The notes beneath the pieces are model-generated. The model saw only the letters and a program-made list of their open reading frames with translations, made no database searches and was not told the origin of the DNA. A stretch of 64,000 nt of DNA, from assembly GCA_964634875.1 (NCBI GenBank), contig CAZWKA010000005.1, forward strand, positions 27,167-91,166, given 5' to 3'. This document shows, piece by piece, positions 17,077 through 27,282 of the stretch. Origin of the DNA: an uncultured Gammaproteobacteria bacterium. Lineage in GTDB: Bacteria; Patescibacteriota; Patescibacteriia; Magasanikbacterales; GWA2-37-8. Position 1 is the stretch's first letter. Each line of letters opens with the position of its first letter. Made by a program: the position numbers and the translations under genes.

Positions 17077-19131
17077 ATGGGCAAATTTTATCACATCTTA
17101 GCTCAAAAAGCAATGATTTTTGGATTGTTGGTTTTTTTGCTGCTTCCAACCCTGGTGGCTGCTAAAACAAGCGGAGATCCCGAATACTTGGCGCAACAAT
17201 CGGTCTTTGACCAGATCAATGCCCCAAACGCCTGGGACCTGACGACCGGATCGGGTGCGGTAGTCGTTGCGGTGATCGACACGGGTATTGATACTGCCCA
17301 CCCTGATCTGCAGCTTAATACCTGGACTAATACTCGAGAAATACCAGGTAATAGCGTTGATGATGATCGGAATGGTTTCGTTGATGACATCCATGGCTGG
17401 AATTTTGTGGAAAATAACAATAATGTACAAACACCGGTTACTACTACTAATGACAATGTGGAGGCAGTTAACCACGGGAGCTTGGTTGCCGGACTGATCG
17501 GTGCGGTTGGAGATAATGGAACGTATGGAACTGGTCTCAGCTGGCGCGTGTCGCTCATGCCTCTACGTGCTATTAGTAACTCGGGCAATGGTACGACGGG
17601 TAGTGTTATTGATGCTATTAATTATGCAATCGCTAATGGTGCCGATATTATTAACATGAGTTTTGTTGGGGATTTAAATGATACTGCTTTGAAGCAGAGT
17701 TTTTTTCGTGCGTACGAAAAAGGGATATTAGTTGTGGCCGCAGCGGGCAATGACCGGGCGAAAGGCAAGGGGGATCTGGATCAGTTTCCAGCGTTTCCAG
17801 CTTGTTATGATCGTGGGGACACGGTTAATTGGATTTTAGGTGTCAGTTCAATCAATGCCCAGAATGAATTAAGTCGTTTTGCTGATTACGGTAGTTGTGT
17901 TGATCTGGTTGCCCCTGGCGAGCGGATTTTCAGTACAACGCGGTTTGCACCGGAGTTTGGGTTTACATCTCAGTTTAAGGGAAGTTTCAACGGTACTTCA
18001 TTTTCTGCACCCTTGGTCGCGGGTGCGGCAGCGCTCATTAAGTCGATTCGACCCGAATGGAAAGCTCCGGAAATAATTAAAACACTTTTGAATACTGCTG
18101 ACTCGGTAGATGCGGCAAACCCGTCGTTCGTGGGAAAACTGGGTTATGGCCGATTAAATGTTGGTCGGGCGGTTCAGGTCGCAGTGTCGAGCGCGCCTGT
18201 TGTGATCCCTCTTCAGCCGCTGGCGACATCGACATCGGATAAGCCGGTTGTGCCGACGTTTGTGCCGCTTCCTTCTCCAAGTGCTGTACAAAAATTTTAC
18301 TATAGTAGTGGTAGGCAAATGTTTAGTTTGGAAATAGAAACGGGGAAGAAATTATTTTTAGGCACAACTGTCGACGCCCCGCTTGATTTTACTTCGCGTT
18401 TTGACGCTGTTTCCGGTCAAACAACTTTGGCAACGCTTGCGAAAAAAGGTCTGGGATATGAGGTCGCGCTCTTTAATGAACAAGGGGTTCTGCTTGAGAC
18501 GTTTTCAGTTGGTACAAAACTCTTAAGTAAGAATAAAAACCTTCGCTTTGAGGGTGTCGAACTTTTGGCTATGGATGATATTTCGCAAAAGGTACTTCTC
18601 CGCGTGTACGATCCTTTGAAAAAAACGACCCAGCTTGTTGTTCAAAAACTTGGCTCAAGTGATACTGTAAGTATCGTTGGTGGCGGTGTGGTAGTGGGTT
18701 TGGATGTGTCTGAGGATGGTAGTTTGGTGATGGTGGCCGAATTAAAAAATAAAAAATTAACTCTTACCCAAATTAATCTGGCTACTCTCGATCGTCAGAG
18801 TTGGTCCTTCGTTGGTGTTGATGAAGTCCGTGATCTGAGGCTGGGGCATTTTTTTAGCGCCCTCACCTATGAAGCGGCGCTGGTGGTAAGACAGAAAAAT
18901 CAAAATTATCGCCTGGTGGTGGATGTCAACAGCAGGAGCTCTCGCCGTGAGACGCTGGGCGCGCTTAAGGCGGGGGAGGTCTGGCGAGTCTTGGCACAGG
19001 ATTTTAGCGGGGATAATATCGATGAGGTGCTTTTTTGGAAAAGTACAGGTGGCGTTTTTGCGCTGACTGACGCGAAAGGAAATAGGATTAAGGATCTCGC
19101 GCTGCCAAGCCTTAAGGCAATTATATACTAG
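17077..19131 (+). CDS. Secreted subtilisin-family (S8) serine protease
   Basis: Signal peptide; VAVIDTG, NHGS, GTSFSAP catalytic triad. Confidence 0.93.
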   Translation: MGKFYHILAQKAMIFGLLVFLLLPTLVAAKTSGDPEYLAQQSVFDQINAPNAWDLTTGSGAVVVAVIDTGIDTAHPDLQLNTWTNTREIPGNSVDDDRNGFVDDIHGWNFVENNNNVQTPVTTTNDNVEAVNHGSLVAGLIGAVGDNGTYGTGLSWRVSLMPLRAISNSGNGTTGSVIDAINYAIANGADIINMSFVGDLNDTALKQSFFRAYEKGILVVAAAGNDRAKGKGDLDQFPAFPACYDRGDTVNWILGVSSINAQNELSRFADYGSCVDLVAPGERIFSTTRFAPEFGFTSQFKGSFNGTSFSAPLVAGAAALIKSIRPEWKAPEIIKTLLNTADSVDAANPSFVGKLGYGRLNVGRAVQVAVSSAPVVIPLQPLATSTSDKPVVPTFVPLPSPSAVQKFYYSSGRQMFSLEIETGKKLFLGTTVDAPLDFTSRFDAVSGQTTLATLAKKGLGYEVALFNEQGVLLETFSVGTKLLSKNKNLRFEGVELLAMDDISQKVLLRVYDPLKKTTQLVVQKLGSSDTVSIVGGGVVVGLDVSEDGSLVMVAELKNKKLTLTQINLATLDRQSWSFVGVDEVRDLRLGHFFSALTYEAALVVRQKNQNYRLVVDVNSRSSRRETLGALKAGEVWRVLAQDFSGDNIDEVLFWKSTGGVFALTDAKGNRIKDLALPSLKAIIY

Positions 19132-19188
19132 GGTCTGGCTTTTTGGTATACTATAGCTGTTAAAGACGTACATTTTTAAGTTAATGTT

Positions 19189-20223
19189 ATGGATAGTCCT
19201 ATTTTTGAGAAGAAAAATGTCTTAGTGACCGGGGGGGCAGGTTTTATAGGCTCACATTTGTGCGAAAAGCTCCTTCGTGAGGCAAATGTTATTTGTGTTG
19301 ACGATTTTTCTAATTCCAGCCCCGAAAACATCAATCATTTGTTGCAGTACCCAGATTTTGAGTTTATTAATTTGGATGTCAACCAGCCGATCGACCTGAC
19401 CCAATTTGCCGAATTAGATAAGTTTAAGATTAAATTCCAAGGGATCCAGGAAATTTACCACCTCGCTTGCCCGACAAGTCCAGCTGATTTTGAAAAATTA
19501 AAAATGAAATCACTGCTCGCAAATTCTTCGGGTATGCTCAGTACGCTTGATTTGGCAGTAAAATACCGGGCGAAATATGTTTTTACCTCAAGTGCAGTTA
19601 TCTACGGTTCGGCAACACCAGAGAAATTTGTTTTTAAAGAGGAAGACCAGGGGATCGTTAATCACCTGTCACCGCGAGCATGTTATGACGAAGGGAAGCG
19701 TTTTGCAGAAACATGTGTGGCTACGTATAATCAAGTCTATGGACTTGATGCGAAGATCGCTCGTGTTTTTACGTCGTACGGTCCGTACATGAAATTGTTT
19801 GAAGGCCAGCCAGTAATAGATTTTATTGTTAATGCGCTCGAAGGTAAGGATGTGGTGGTGCCGGGCGGGGACAAAGACCTAACAACACTCTGCTATGTAT
19901 CAGATATGGTTGATGGTTTGATAGGCCTTATGGCAACGGATGCTACGGTAAAGGTAGTTAATTTGGGCGGGGATACGGTTATAAAGACGATGGATGTTGC
20001 TAAGAAAATCGTGGCCATGACCGAGTCTGCTTCCGCAATCGTGGCGGGTGCGGAATTATCGTTTGTAACCCATCCAGGAGTGCCTGACCTGTTTTACACC
20101 AAAAATATGCTGGGCTGGTTTCCACTGGTAACGCTGGAACAAGGGCTCACCAAAACCATTGAATACGCTGTTGCGAACAAACAATCTCTCTTGTATACTC
20201 ATTTTGATAAGCTGGGTATGTAA
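19189..20223 (+). CDS. UDP-glucuronate decarboxylase-like NAD-dependent epimerase/dehydratase
   Basis: TGGAGFIGSHL, IYHLACP, CYDEGKR. Confidence 0.9.
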   Translation: MDSPIFEKKNVLVTGGAGFIGSHLCEKLLREANVICVDDFSNSSPENINHLLQYPDFEFINLDVNQPIDLTQFAELDKFKIKFQGIQEIYHLACPTSPADFEKLKMKSLLANSSGMLSTLDLAVKYRAKYVFTSSAVIYGSATPEKFVFKEEDQGIVNHLSPRACYDEGKRFAETCVATYNQVYGLDAKIARVFTSYGPYMKLFEGQPVIDFIVNALEGKDVVVPGGDKDLTTLCYVSDMVDGLIGLMATDATVKVVNLGGDTVIKTMDVAKKIVAMTESASAIVAGAELSFVTHPGVPDLFYTKNMLGWFPLVTLEQGLTKTIEYAVANKQSLLYTHFDKLGM

Positions 20224-20225
20224 AT

Positions 20226-20891
20226 ATGGTGTTCGTTGTCATTCCTGCGTTTAATGAAGCAAAGAATATTGGCCGCGTTATTAGCGGCCTTTTTGAACAT
20301 GGTTTCACCAAGATAGTCGTGGTTGATGATGGGTCAAGCGACACAACAGCCGAGGTGGCACTAGGGCAAGGCGCGATCGTTCTGCGGCATTTGATTAATC
20401 GGGGCCAAGGGGCGACGCTGCAAACAGGGAATGATTATGCCCTTAAAAAAGGAGCTCAGGTAGTTGTGCATTTTGACGCGGATGGTCAATTCAACCCCCT
20501 CGACATAGATGGAGCGGTGCAGTTGGTTGAAACAGGTGCCGCAGATATTGTTTTGGGCTCACGGTTTATGGATCGCCGGTCAAAATTGCCCTTTACCAAG
20601 CAGTATGTTCTGTTCCCGCTGACCCGTTTTTTGAACCGTTTGTTTACCGGCCTCAACTTAACGGATGGACAAAACGGTTTTCGTGTCCTCTCGCGCCAAG
20701 CACTTGAAAAAATTGTTATCACGCACGATGGTATGGCGCACAACTCCGAGATCATCCGTGAAGTTAATCGCTTGGCTTTGGTGTATCAAGAATATCCGGT
20801 CGAGGTAACATACCACCGGTATGGCCAAGGGCTAGGCGGTGGAATTAAGATTGTTGGCAACATTCTCCTTAGGTTTTTATACTCCGAATAA
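20226..20891 (+). CDS. GT2 glycosyltransferase (DPM1-like)
   Basis: IPAFNE, VVDDGSSD, NRGQG, FDADGQ, DGQNGFR. Confidence 0.92.
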   Translation: MVFVVIPAFNEAKNIGRVISGLFEHGFTKIVVVDDGSSDTTAEVALGQGAIVLRHLINRGQGATLQTGNDYALKKGAQVVVHFDADGQFNPLDIDGAVQLVETGAADIVLGSRFMDRRSKLPFTKQYVLFPLTRFLNRLFTGLNLTDGQNGFRVLSRQALEKIVITHDGMAHNSEIIREVNRLALVYQEYPVEVTYHRYGQGLGGGIKIVGNILLRFLYSE

Positions 20892-20897
20892 TCATAT

Positions 20898-21248
20898 ATG
20901 CTCATCATTCAATTTTTACTTAGTCTTTTTTTTCTGGTTGCCATCGTTAAGGTTGTGGTGCGATACCAGAAGAAAGAACTTTCGCTGCGCGCGGTGTTTT
21001 TGTGGGTTTTCTTTTGGCTAGCAGCAGCAGTGGCAGTGATACAGCCGAATAGTACAGCCTACTTTGCCGAGCGGGTTGGTATTGGTCGTGGAGCGGACCT
21101 TGTGGTGTATTGTTCAGTTGCGCTTATCTTCTTCATTATTTTTAGGCTCATGATTAAAATTGACCGGCTAGAACGGCAGACCACTATTTTAACGCGGGCG
21201 CTCGCATTACAAGAACCGCCTGTTAAGAAGGATGTACCGCTCACATGA
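20898..21248 (+). CDS. DUF2304 membrane protein
   Basis: Three TMs, VGIGRGADL, ending ILTRALAL; usual partner of DPM1-like GT2. Confidence 0.85.
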   Translation: MLIIQFLLSLFFLVAIVKVVVRYQKKELSLRAVFLWVFFWLAAAVAVIQPNSTAYFAERVGIGRGADLVVYCSVALIFFIIFRLMIKIDRLERQTTILTRALALQEPPVKKDVPLT

Positions 21249-22384
21249 AAATAGCCCACATTATCAGCACGTTTCCGCCGCATATTGGAGGTATGGGGAT
21301 TGTCGCGGTAAATGAAGCAAAACAGCAAGTCGCCCACGGGAATACGGTGACGGTTTTTACCATGAGGTATCCGGATACTATTTACCGTGATGAACAGTAC
21401 GCTTTTCGAATTATCCGTTTGCGTCCGCTTTTTAGATTAGGTAATGCTGGTTTTTTACCGCAATTACTATCGGCATTAAAGGGTTTTGATATAGTGCATC
21501 TCCATTATCCTTTTTATGGAGGAGCAGAATGGGTTTGGCTCTTTAGTCTTATGTACCACCGACCTTTTGTTCTAACGTACCATATGGATGCGGAACCGAG
21601 TGGGCGAGGCAGACTAGTGCTCCAAAAAATATACGACCTTATTTTTCCCCGGCTTATTTTGCATCGGGCAATAAAAATAATTGCAGTTGACGCGCTCCAT
21701 GCGAATGAAACGCGTTTCCGTAAGTTTTTAACTCACGAAAAATTACGAGTTATTCATAATGGAGTAAACACAGCTATTTTCAAACCTGAGACTGTGTATT
21801 TGGGGTCAATGGATTTGGAGCATTGGGGTATGAAAAAAATTATTTTGTTTGTCGGAAACCCTATCCCAGGGAAGCGTTTAGATATATTTCTCAAGGCATT
21901 AGCAGAAATTCGGGACGAAAACATAGTGGGGCTTGTAGTAGGCGGTGGGTATTTTATTGACCGTTATAAGCGGTTGGCATCAGAACTTGGTCTTGATAAG
22001 CGGGTGCTTTTTGTAGGGGCGCTTCATAATCGGGAGCGGTTGGCACATTATTATAAGGTGGCCGCATGCTTGGCTGTACCTTCAACAGCGGAGTCTTTTT
22101 CTTTGGTTGTTATTGAGGCAATGGCCAGCGGATGCCCGGTTGTGGCCACTGATTTGCCCGGTGTGCGCGAGCGTATTATTCCAAATGTCGATGGTTTTTT
22201 GGTTGCGCCTGGTTCAGTAGATGCGCTGGTTGCCGGTATTCATAAATGTTTATCACTAACACCAGAGGAGCGTTCATTGTTGACTGATCGGGCACGGCAG
22301 AAAATGATCGAAAAATATAGTTGGGAAGAACATGCTAAAAAGTTAGAGGCAGTTTATAAAGAAATTTTATCGCAAGCGTTATGA
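21245..22384 (+). CDS. GT4 glycosyltransferase
   Basis: PPHIGG, ESFSLVVIEAMASGCPVV. Confidence 0.93.
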   Translation: MKIAHIISTFPPHIGGMGIVAVNEAKQQVAHGNTVTVFTMRYPDTIYRDEQYAFRIIRLRPLFRLGNAGFLPQLLSALKGFDIVHLHYPFYGGAEWVWLFSLMYHRPFVLTYHMDAEPSGRGRLVLQKIYDLIFPRLILHRAIKIIAVDALHANETRFRKFLTHEKLRVIHNGVNTAIFKPETVYLGSMDLEHWGMKKIILFVGNPIPGKRLDIFLKALAEIRDENIVGLVVGGGYFIDRYKRLASELGLDKRVLFVGALHNRERLAHYYKVAACLAVPSTAESFSLVVIEAMASGCPVVATDLPGVRERIIPNVDGFLVAPGSVDALVAGIHKCLSLTPEERSLLTDRARQKMIEKYSWEEHAKKLEAVYKEILSQAL

Positions 22385-23205
22385 TCGAGTTTGACTATGA
22401 AGCCTCGATTTGGGGGGCGGGGGAGGCGAGTGAGGCTTGGTCTGACCCGACCAGTTTTCGGCTCCGCCAATCATTTTCTTTGGTTGCTGGTTTGCCGGCG
22501 GGGTCTGTCGTTCTTGAAGTAGGCGCTGGTGCGGGACAGTTTATTCGGGCGGTCAAAAAAAGGTTCCCCCAGCTTAAGTGTCATGGTTCTGATATTAGCC
22601 AACAAGCCCTAGAACTGGCACGGGCAACTGACGACGGTGTTGATTACGACCTGTCGACGCCGGAACTTTTGCCCTATGCAGATGCATCAATCGATGCGGT
22701 GTTGATTTTAGATGTCGTGGAGCATGTGGAAGATCCGCTGGGCCTGCTGAGGGAAGTCGGCCGCGTTTTGAAACCAGGCGGAAAATTTTATTGTTTTGTG
22801 CCGTGCGAAGGTGATTGGTTATCGTTGTGGAATTTTCTCAATCATATCGGGTTAAAAGGAAACCTGACAAAACGCTTTGCAGGACATATAAATTATTTTT
22901 CCCGTCATAGTTTGTTTGAGTTATATGCAAAAGCCGGATTGAAACGGGTGCGGACCCGGTACAGTGAGCATTTTCTTGGTCAGGTATTGGGAGTTGTTGC
23001 TTTTAATTTAATGGCTCGAGCAGCACGCCTGACACCAGCCGGCCAGCTTAATAATGAGGCGTATTTCCAGACTCTTAATAAGAAAAATGGTCGTTTAACA
23101 CTGTTTAGCATTCTTAAGAAAATAGTAAATAGTTTGGTGTATATAGAGTCAGCCGTGCTGCAACGCCTACCTTCACCCAATGTCCATTCATTTTTGACGA
23201 AGTAG
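22381..23205 (+). CDS. Class I SAM-dependent methyltransferase
   Basis: VLEVGAGAG, DVVEHV, RVLKPGG. Confidence 0.92.
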   Translation: MIEFDYEASIWGAGEASEAWSDPTSFRLRQSFSLVAGLPAGSVVLEVGAGAGQFIRAVKKRFPQLKCHGSDISQQALELARATDDGVDYDLSTPELLPYADASIDAVLILDVVEHVEDPLGLLREVGRVLKPGGKFYCFVPCEGDWLSLWNFLNHIGLKGNLTKRFAGHINYFSRHSLFELYAKAGLKRVRTRYSEHFLGQVLGVVAFNLMARAARLTPAGQLNNEAYFQTLNKKNGRLTLFSILKKIVNSLVYIESAVLQRLPSPNVHSFLTK

Positions 23206-23208
23206 GAT

Positions 23209-23817
23209 ATGCATGCCCTCCATATCATCCCGGCAGCTTTGGGTTATTTTGAAGACATTGCAGCTGCGGCTTTTTTATTTGCTGAACGTTTGCAGGGAAG
23301 CGGTATCGACGTAGAACCGTTTACGCTCCAAACAGGGCAACCAAGCCGAGGACTGCGTCGTTCAGTAGAATCAAAAACCATTGTTTCTGGGCAGGGGTTT
23401 GCGTATAGCAACACTCTTGGGTTCAAGGGGTTAAGTCGGGCGCTCGCTGCAGCTGATATTGTTCATCTCCACGCTCCTTTTTTAGGTTTTGGCAAAGAAC
23501 TGCTTCGTTTTAAACAAGAATATCCGGAGCGCCCACTAGTCATTACTTATTACGGCAAACTTGAATACCAAGATTTTTTTAGTTTATGTATTCGCGGGTA
23601 TAACGCTTGGTATTTGCCCAAACTTATGGCCGTCACCCAGGCTGTGGTTGAACCGTGCGGCGGTGCATTTAAAAAAACATTGCCGCGCCAAAATGGCGAT
23701 GAAATTGTGACCTTGACGAATGCGGTGAGTGGGGTACAATTAAGGTACCGACAAAAGGTACAAAATTCTTTTTTTATTCATTATCTAGAGCTGCTTAAGC
23801 AGCATAGCTATTTTTAA
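23209..23817 (+). CDS. GT4 N-terminal-domain-only protein (truncated or degenerate)
   Basis: ADIVHLHAPF...PLVITY parallels the N-domain of 21245-22384; no C-terminal EX7E domain. Confidence 0.6.
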   Translation: MHALHIIPAALGYFEDIAAAAFLFAERLQGSGIDVEPFTLQTGQPSRGLRRSVESKTIVSGQGFAYSNTLGFKGLSRALAAADIVHLHAPFLGFGKELLRFKQEYPERPLVITYYGKLEYQDFFSLCIRGYNAWYLPKLMAVTQAVVEPCGGAFKKTLPRQNGDEIVTLTNAVSGVQLRYRQKVQNSFFIHYLELLKQHSYF

Positions 23818-23822
23818 TTCCT

Positions 23823-24695
23823 ATGGAAGAACGACAATCACCCTCTTTATTTAATTCACTTGACCCTAAAAGCGCCCTTATGATGGGTTTGGTCGGCGGA
23901 GTCCTCACGCTCTGTACGGTCGGGTTTCTTATTTTTCTCGGTCTTTTGCTTGGTGGAAAATTAGAGCTTGCTTCGAGCGCTGGTGGTGCTAATCTGAATG
24001 ACCAGTATGCAGCGCTTGCAGGGGCAGGCACTGGCAACGAATTGCCTTCGACGCCGCCAGCAAATATTCCTAAATCTGATCGGCCGCAAGTAGAATTATT
24101 TGTCATGTCCGACTGTCCATATGGTCTCCAGATGGAAAAGGCCTATATCCCAGCATGGGATCTTTTAAAGAAAAAAGCTGATATTGATGTGAAGTTTGTT
24201 TCTTATGCAATGCATGGCAAAAAAGAGATTGATGAGAACACAGCTCAGTATTGTATCCAAAAAGAACAATCTGATAAGTACCTTTCGTATTTACAGTGTT
24301 ATACCGCTAATGGAAATTCAGCTAGCTGTTTAGCTTCCGCTGGGGTTAATGAAAAGAAATTGCAATCATGCGTTGATGGTGCCAACAAAGAGTTTGGTAT
24401 TTTGGATGAATACAATAATCAGGCTAATTGGCTGAGCGGACAGTTCCCAGTGTACCCAATCCACAAAGATTTGAACGAAAAGTACGGTGTCCAAGGATCA
24501 CCGACGCTTGTTATCAATGGCGTGCAAGCCGAAGTGAGCCGTACGCCTGAAGCCATCAAACAAGCGATTTGTGCAGCGTTCAATACTGCTCCTGAAGAAT
24601 GCTCTAAATCACTCAGTGCTTTAGCCTTAGGGGCTGGTTTTGGCACAGCACCGGCAGCGCAAGGTGGTGCTCAGGCAGCAGGTTGCGGGACTTAA
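23823..24695 (+). CDS. Membrane-anchored thioredoxin/DsbA-fold protein
   Basis: TM; VELFVMSDCPYG; YGVQGSPTLVING. Confidence 0.8.
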   Translation: MEERQSPSLFNSLDPKSALMMGLVGGVLTLCTVGFLIFLGLLLGGKLELASSAGGANLNDQYAALAGAGTGNELPSTPPANIPKSDRPQVELFVMSDCPYGLQMEKAYIPAWDLLKKKADIDVKFVSYAMHGKKEIDENTAQYCIQKEQSDKYLSYLQCYTANGNSASCLASAGVNEKKLQSCVDGANKEFGILDEYNNQANWLSGQFPVYPIHKDLNEKYGVQGSPTLVINGVQAEVSRTPEAIKQAICAAFNTAPEECSKSLSALALGAGFGTAPAAQGGAQAAGCGT

Positions 24696-24734
24696 ACTGT
24701 TTTTCAGTAAGGATTTAGCTTTAAATGTATCTGT

Positions 24735-25043
24735 ATGGGAAAGTTCAACAAGGGTTTAGTCCTTGGTGGTATGCTTGGTGCGGCACTAGTTTGGCTGAAC
24801 GTTTCACCGAAAGGCAAGGAATTGCGGGCTAAAGCTGCTCAGCATTTGGAGCCTTTGTTTGTTCAGTTGAAAGAAAGCTTGGGTCAGCTCGAAGGCCCGA
24901 CTCGCGAGATGTATGATGCCTTGGTTGAGCGGGCGGTCGAAGAATACGCGGCTAAAAAAGAGATGGCTCTTGATCTAAAGACGGCCTTAGTTCGTGAGCT
25001 TAAGAAGCGTTGGAAAGAGGTTGAGGCGGAGCTTAAACAATAA
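24735..25043 (+). CDS. YtxH-like protein
   Basis: GLVLGGMLGAALVWLNVSPKGKELR motif. Confidence 0.75.
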   Translation: MGKFNKGLVLGGMLGAALVWLNVSPKGKELRAKAAQHLEPLFVQLKESLGQLEGPTREMYDALVERAVEEYAAKKEMALDLKTALVRELKKRWKEVEAELKQ

Positions 25044-25071
25044 ATGCTTTTCGTAGCTTACCCCAGTTGGG

Positions 25072-25100
25072 TTGACAAAAACCCTAATTTAGGGTAAACT
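25072..25100 (+). promoter_or_regulatory. sigma70 promoter
   Basis: TTGACA, 17 bp, TAAACT. Confidence 0.7.
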
Positions 25101-25124
25101 AAGCGGTTATTTATTCTTAACTCT

Positions 25125-27233
25125 ATGCATGTGTTATTTTCCAAAAAAACCTTAGTAACAGCCTTTCTGGTACTGGTTGGGGTAGCGGCCGTTGCTTTTG
25201 GTGCACCGGCTCGGGCGGCCACTACCCAGACTCAGGTAGAGACAGTCATTCGAGTCTATAACGCGGCTGGAATTATTACGATCCCCGAGGTAACACTCGT
25301 TTCTGATCCAAAGAACCTGACCCAGGCTGGATTTGATTATCGCAGCGGGGAAGTTGTCCCAGCAGCGCGGGGCTCGTTTTATGTAGGTGTGCGCGGCAAG
25401 ACACCGTACCTTATTGGAAATTCTACTGGACAAGGCGGTTTATACCGTTTAAAGAAAGTCGGAACTACAACCCCGCTTCGCCGTCTCGGTAACATTAACC
25501 GGAGCGGTGTATCGTATACACGTAGCGGTCTTACCTTTGGTAAAGACACAATTTTTGCAGTGTACGATGAAAATGATGCTACCTATTTTAAAATTCGCGT
25601 CCTGAGTGTCAAATTAGTTAATGTAGTAAAACTAGAAGGAACACCTACCATTACCGCTCCAGCTAACGACGCGGCAGTTAATTCCTCGGCTACGAGCGTT
25701 CGGGTGGCCTGGAACGGTGTCACAGGAGCTACGTCGTATACGCTTGCCTTGTACTGCACTTCTTGTGAAGCTGAATGGGAGCCGCGTACCTATGGGCTAA
25801 CGGGAGCTTCCCGCAGCTTTGTGCTTCCGCTTAATAATCTTCCGTCCGGAAAACAGTACTATTACTTAACCGTTAAAGCTTCAACAGGTAGAGAGACTAC
25901 GCCGGCTTCCTTCCCGGTGTACTTCACCTATACTAATGACACTATTTCAACTGTGGGTACACCGACGATCACTTCTCCGTCAAAGGATCAGGTGTTCACA
26001 ACCTCTCCGCGTACAATCACGGTTCAGTGGAGCAATAGCACTTCCGCTGTTCGGTATGAACTGGCTGTTGATTGTGATTCCTGTGCAGGCATGACCGGAT
26101 GGAAACGGTACCAGACCTATTCAGCACTCCCGGCTAATATGACAAGCCAGGCTGTTACGCTGCCTCAGGATGGCTCCTACAGTGTTTCTGTGCGTGCTTT
26201 TGATCTGCAAGGCGTGGCGAGTGATTGGTCAGAAAAAATTATGTTCCGCTTTGGTGCCGGGATAACTCCGGGAACATCAACTATTGTTCCACCTACTATT
26301 GTCGGCCCAACAGCTGGACAAGTCTTGACGTATTATCCCCGTGCTATCCGTGCTTCCTGGTGGAAGGTGGCTGGCGCGAGCGCGTATGAATTGAGCCTGG
26401 AGTGCCAGTCGTGTGAAGCTGGGACAGCGGGCTGGAAGGAATTGAGCCAATATACCATTAATAATATGGCTGGTAACGCTAACACACTCGATATACCAGC
26501 TGTTTCGATCGATTCTGAGTACCGCCTGCGCATGCGGTCACTCGATGGGGCTAGTAAGAAAGGCCCTTGGTCAGAGTATACGTATTTCCGTTTTTCCACT
26601 ATTAATGTCGGTGTACCGGTCATTTCTTCTCCAACCATGAATCAGACGCTTACCAACAACCCCCGCACGTTTGGGGTGATGTGGAACGCAGTCAACCAGG
26701 CAGTCAGTTATGTGGTTGAGGTAAGTTGCAAGAACTGCGCTACAACAGCCTGGGGTAAGGTTGATTATTACCCAACGATTGATACTAATCCCTGGCTCGC
26801 AATTACTGCCCCCGGTGATGACATGTACCGTGTCCGTGTGCAGGCCGTGGATCAATACAATAACCATACGGCTTGGTCTGAATATGTGAATTTCTCTTTT
26901 GTGACGACGGCGGGTATGCAGATTGCAGCTCCACGTATTACTGGCCCAGCGGCTGGTGGCGAAGTAAGTAATAGCACCAAACAGGTTTCACTTTCCTGGA
27001 ATTCTGTAGGCAGCCAGTATCGTTATGAAATTTTGGTAGAATGTAATTCATGCGGTACATCCAGTGGATGGCAGTATTGGAGAGCTTATCGCACTCCGGA
27101 CGCTTCGAATTCATACATTATTACCGTGCCTCAGAATGCGTTGTATCGGTTCCAGGTTCGAGCAGTTGATGTTGATGCGAATCGGACAGGACAGTGGTCT
27201 GAATTGACGACCTTTAGCTACCGAATGAACTAA
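25125..27233 (+). CDS. Secreted protein with five tandem FN3-like domains, each with a CxxC loop
   Basis: Signal peptide; repeats PTITxP...W...Y.L...CxxC...W...Y.VRV.A.D...WSE. Confidence 0.85.
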   Translation: MHVLFSKKTLVTAFLVLVGVAAVAFGAPARAATTQTQVETVIRVYNAAGIITIPEVTLVSDPKNLTQAGFDYRSGEVVPAARGSFYVGVRGKTPYLIGNSTGQGGLYRLKKVGTTTPLRRLGNINRSGVSYTRSGLTFGKDTIFAVYDENDATYFKIRVLSVKLVNVVKLEGTPTITAPANDAAVNSSATSVRVAWNGVTGATSYTLALYCTSCEAEWEPRTYGLTGASRSFVLPLNNLPSGKQYYYLTVKASTGRETTPASFPVYFTYTNDTISTVGTPTITSPSKDQVFTTSPRTITVQWSNSTSAVRYELAVDCDSCAGMTGWKRYQTYSALPANMTSQAVTLPQDGSYSVSVRAFDLQGVASDWSEKIMFRFGAGITPGTSTIVPPTIVGPTAGQVLTYYPRAIRASWWKVAGASAYELSLECQSCEAGTAGWKELSQYTINNMAGNANTLDIPAVSIDSEYRLRMRSLDGASKKGPWSEYTYFRFSTINVGVPVISSPTMNQTLTNNPRTFGVMWNAVNQAVSYVVEVSCKNCATTAWGKVDYYPTIDTNPWLAITAPGDDMYRVRVQAVDQYNNHTAWSEYVNFSFVTTAGMQIAAPRITGPAAGGEVSNSTKQVSLSWNSVGSQYRYEILVECNSCGTSSGWQYWRAYRTPDASNSYIITVPQNALYRFQVRAVDVDANRTGQWSELTTFSYRMN

Positions 27234-27246
27234 AATACTTTAATTA

Positions 27247-27279
27247 AAAAACAGCTTCGCATTTTGCGGAGCTGTTTTT
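27247..27279. terminator. Bidirectional intrinsic terminator
   Basis: AAAAACAGCTTCGC-atttt-GCGGAGCTGTTTTT. Confidence 0.85.
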
Positions 27280-27282
27280 AGT

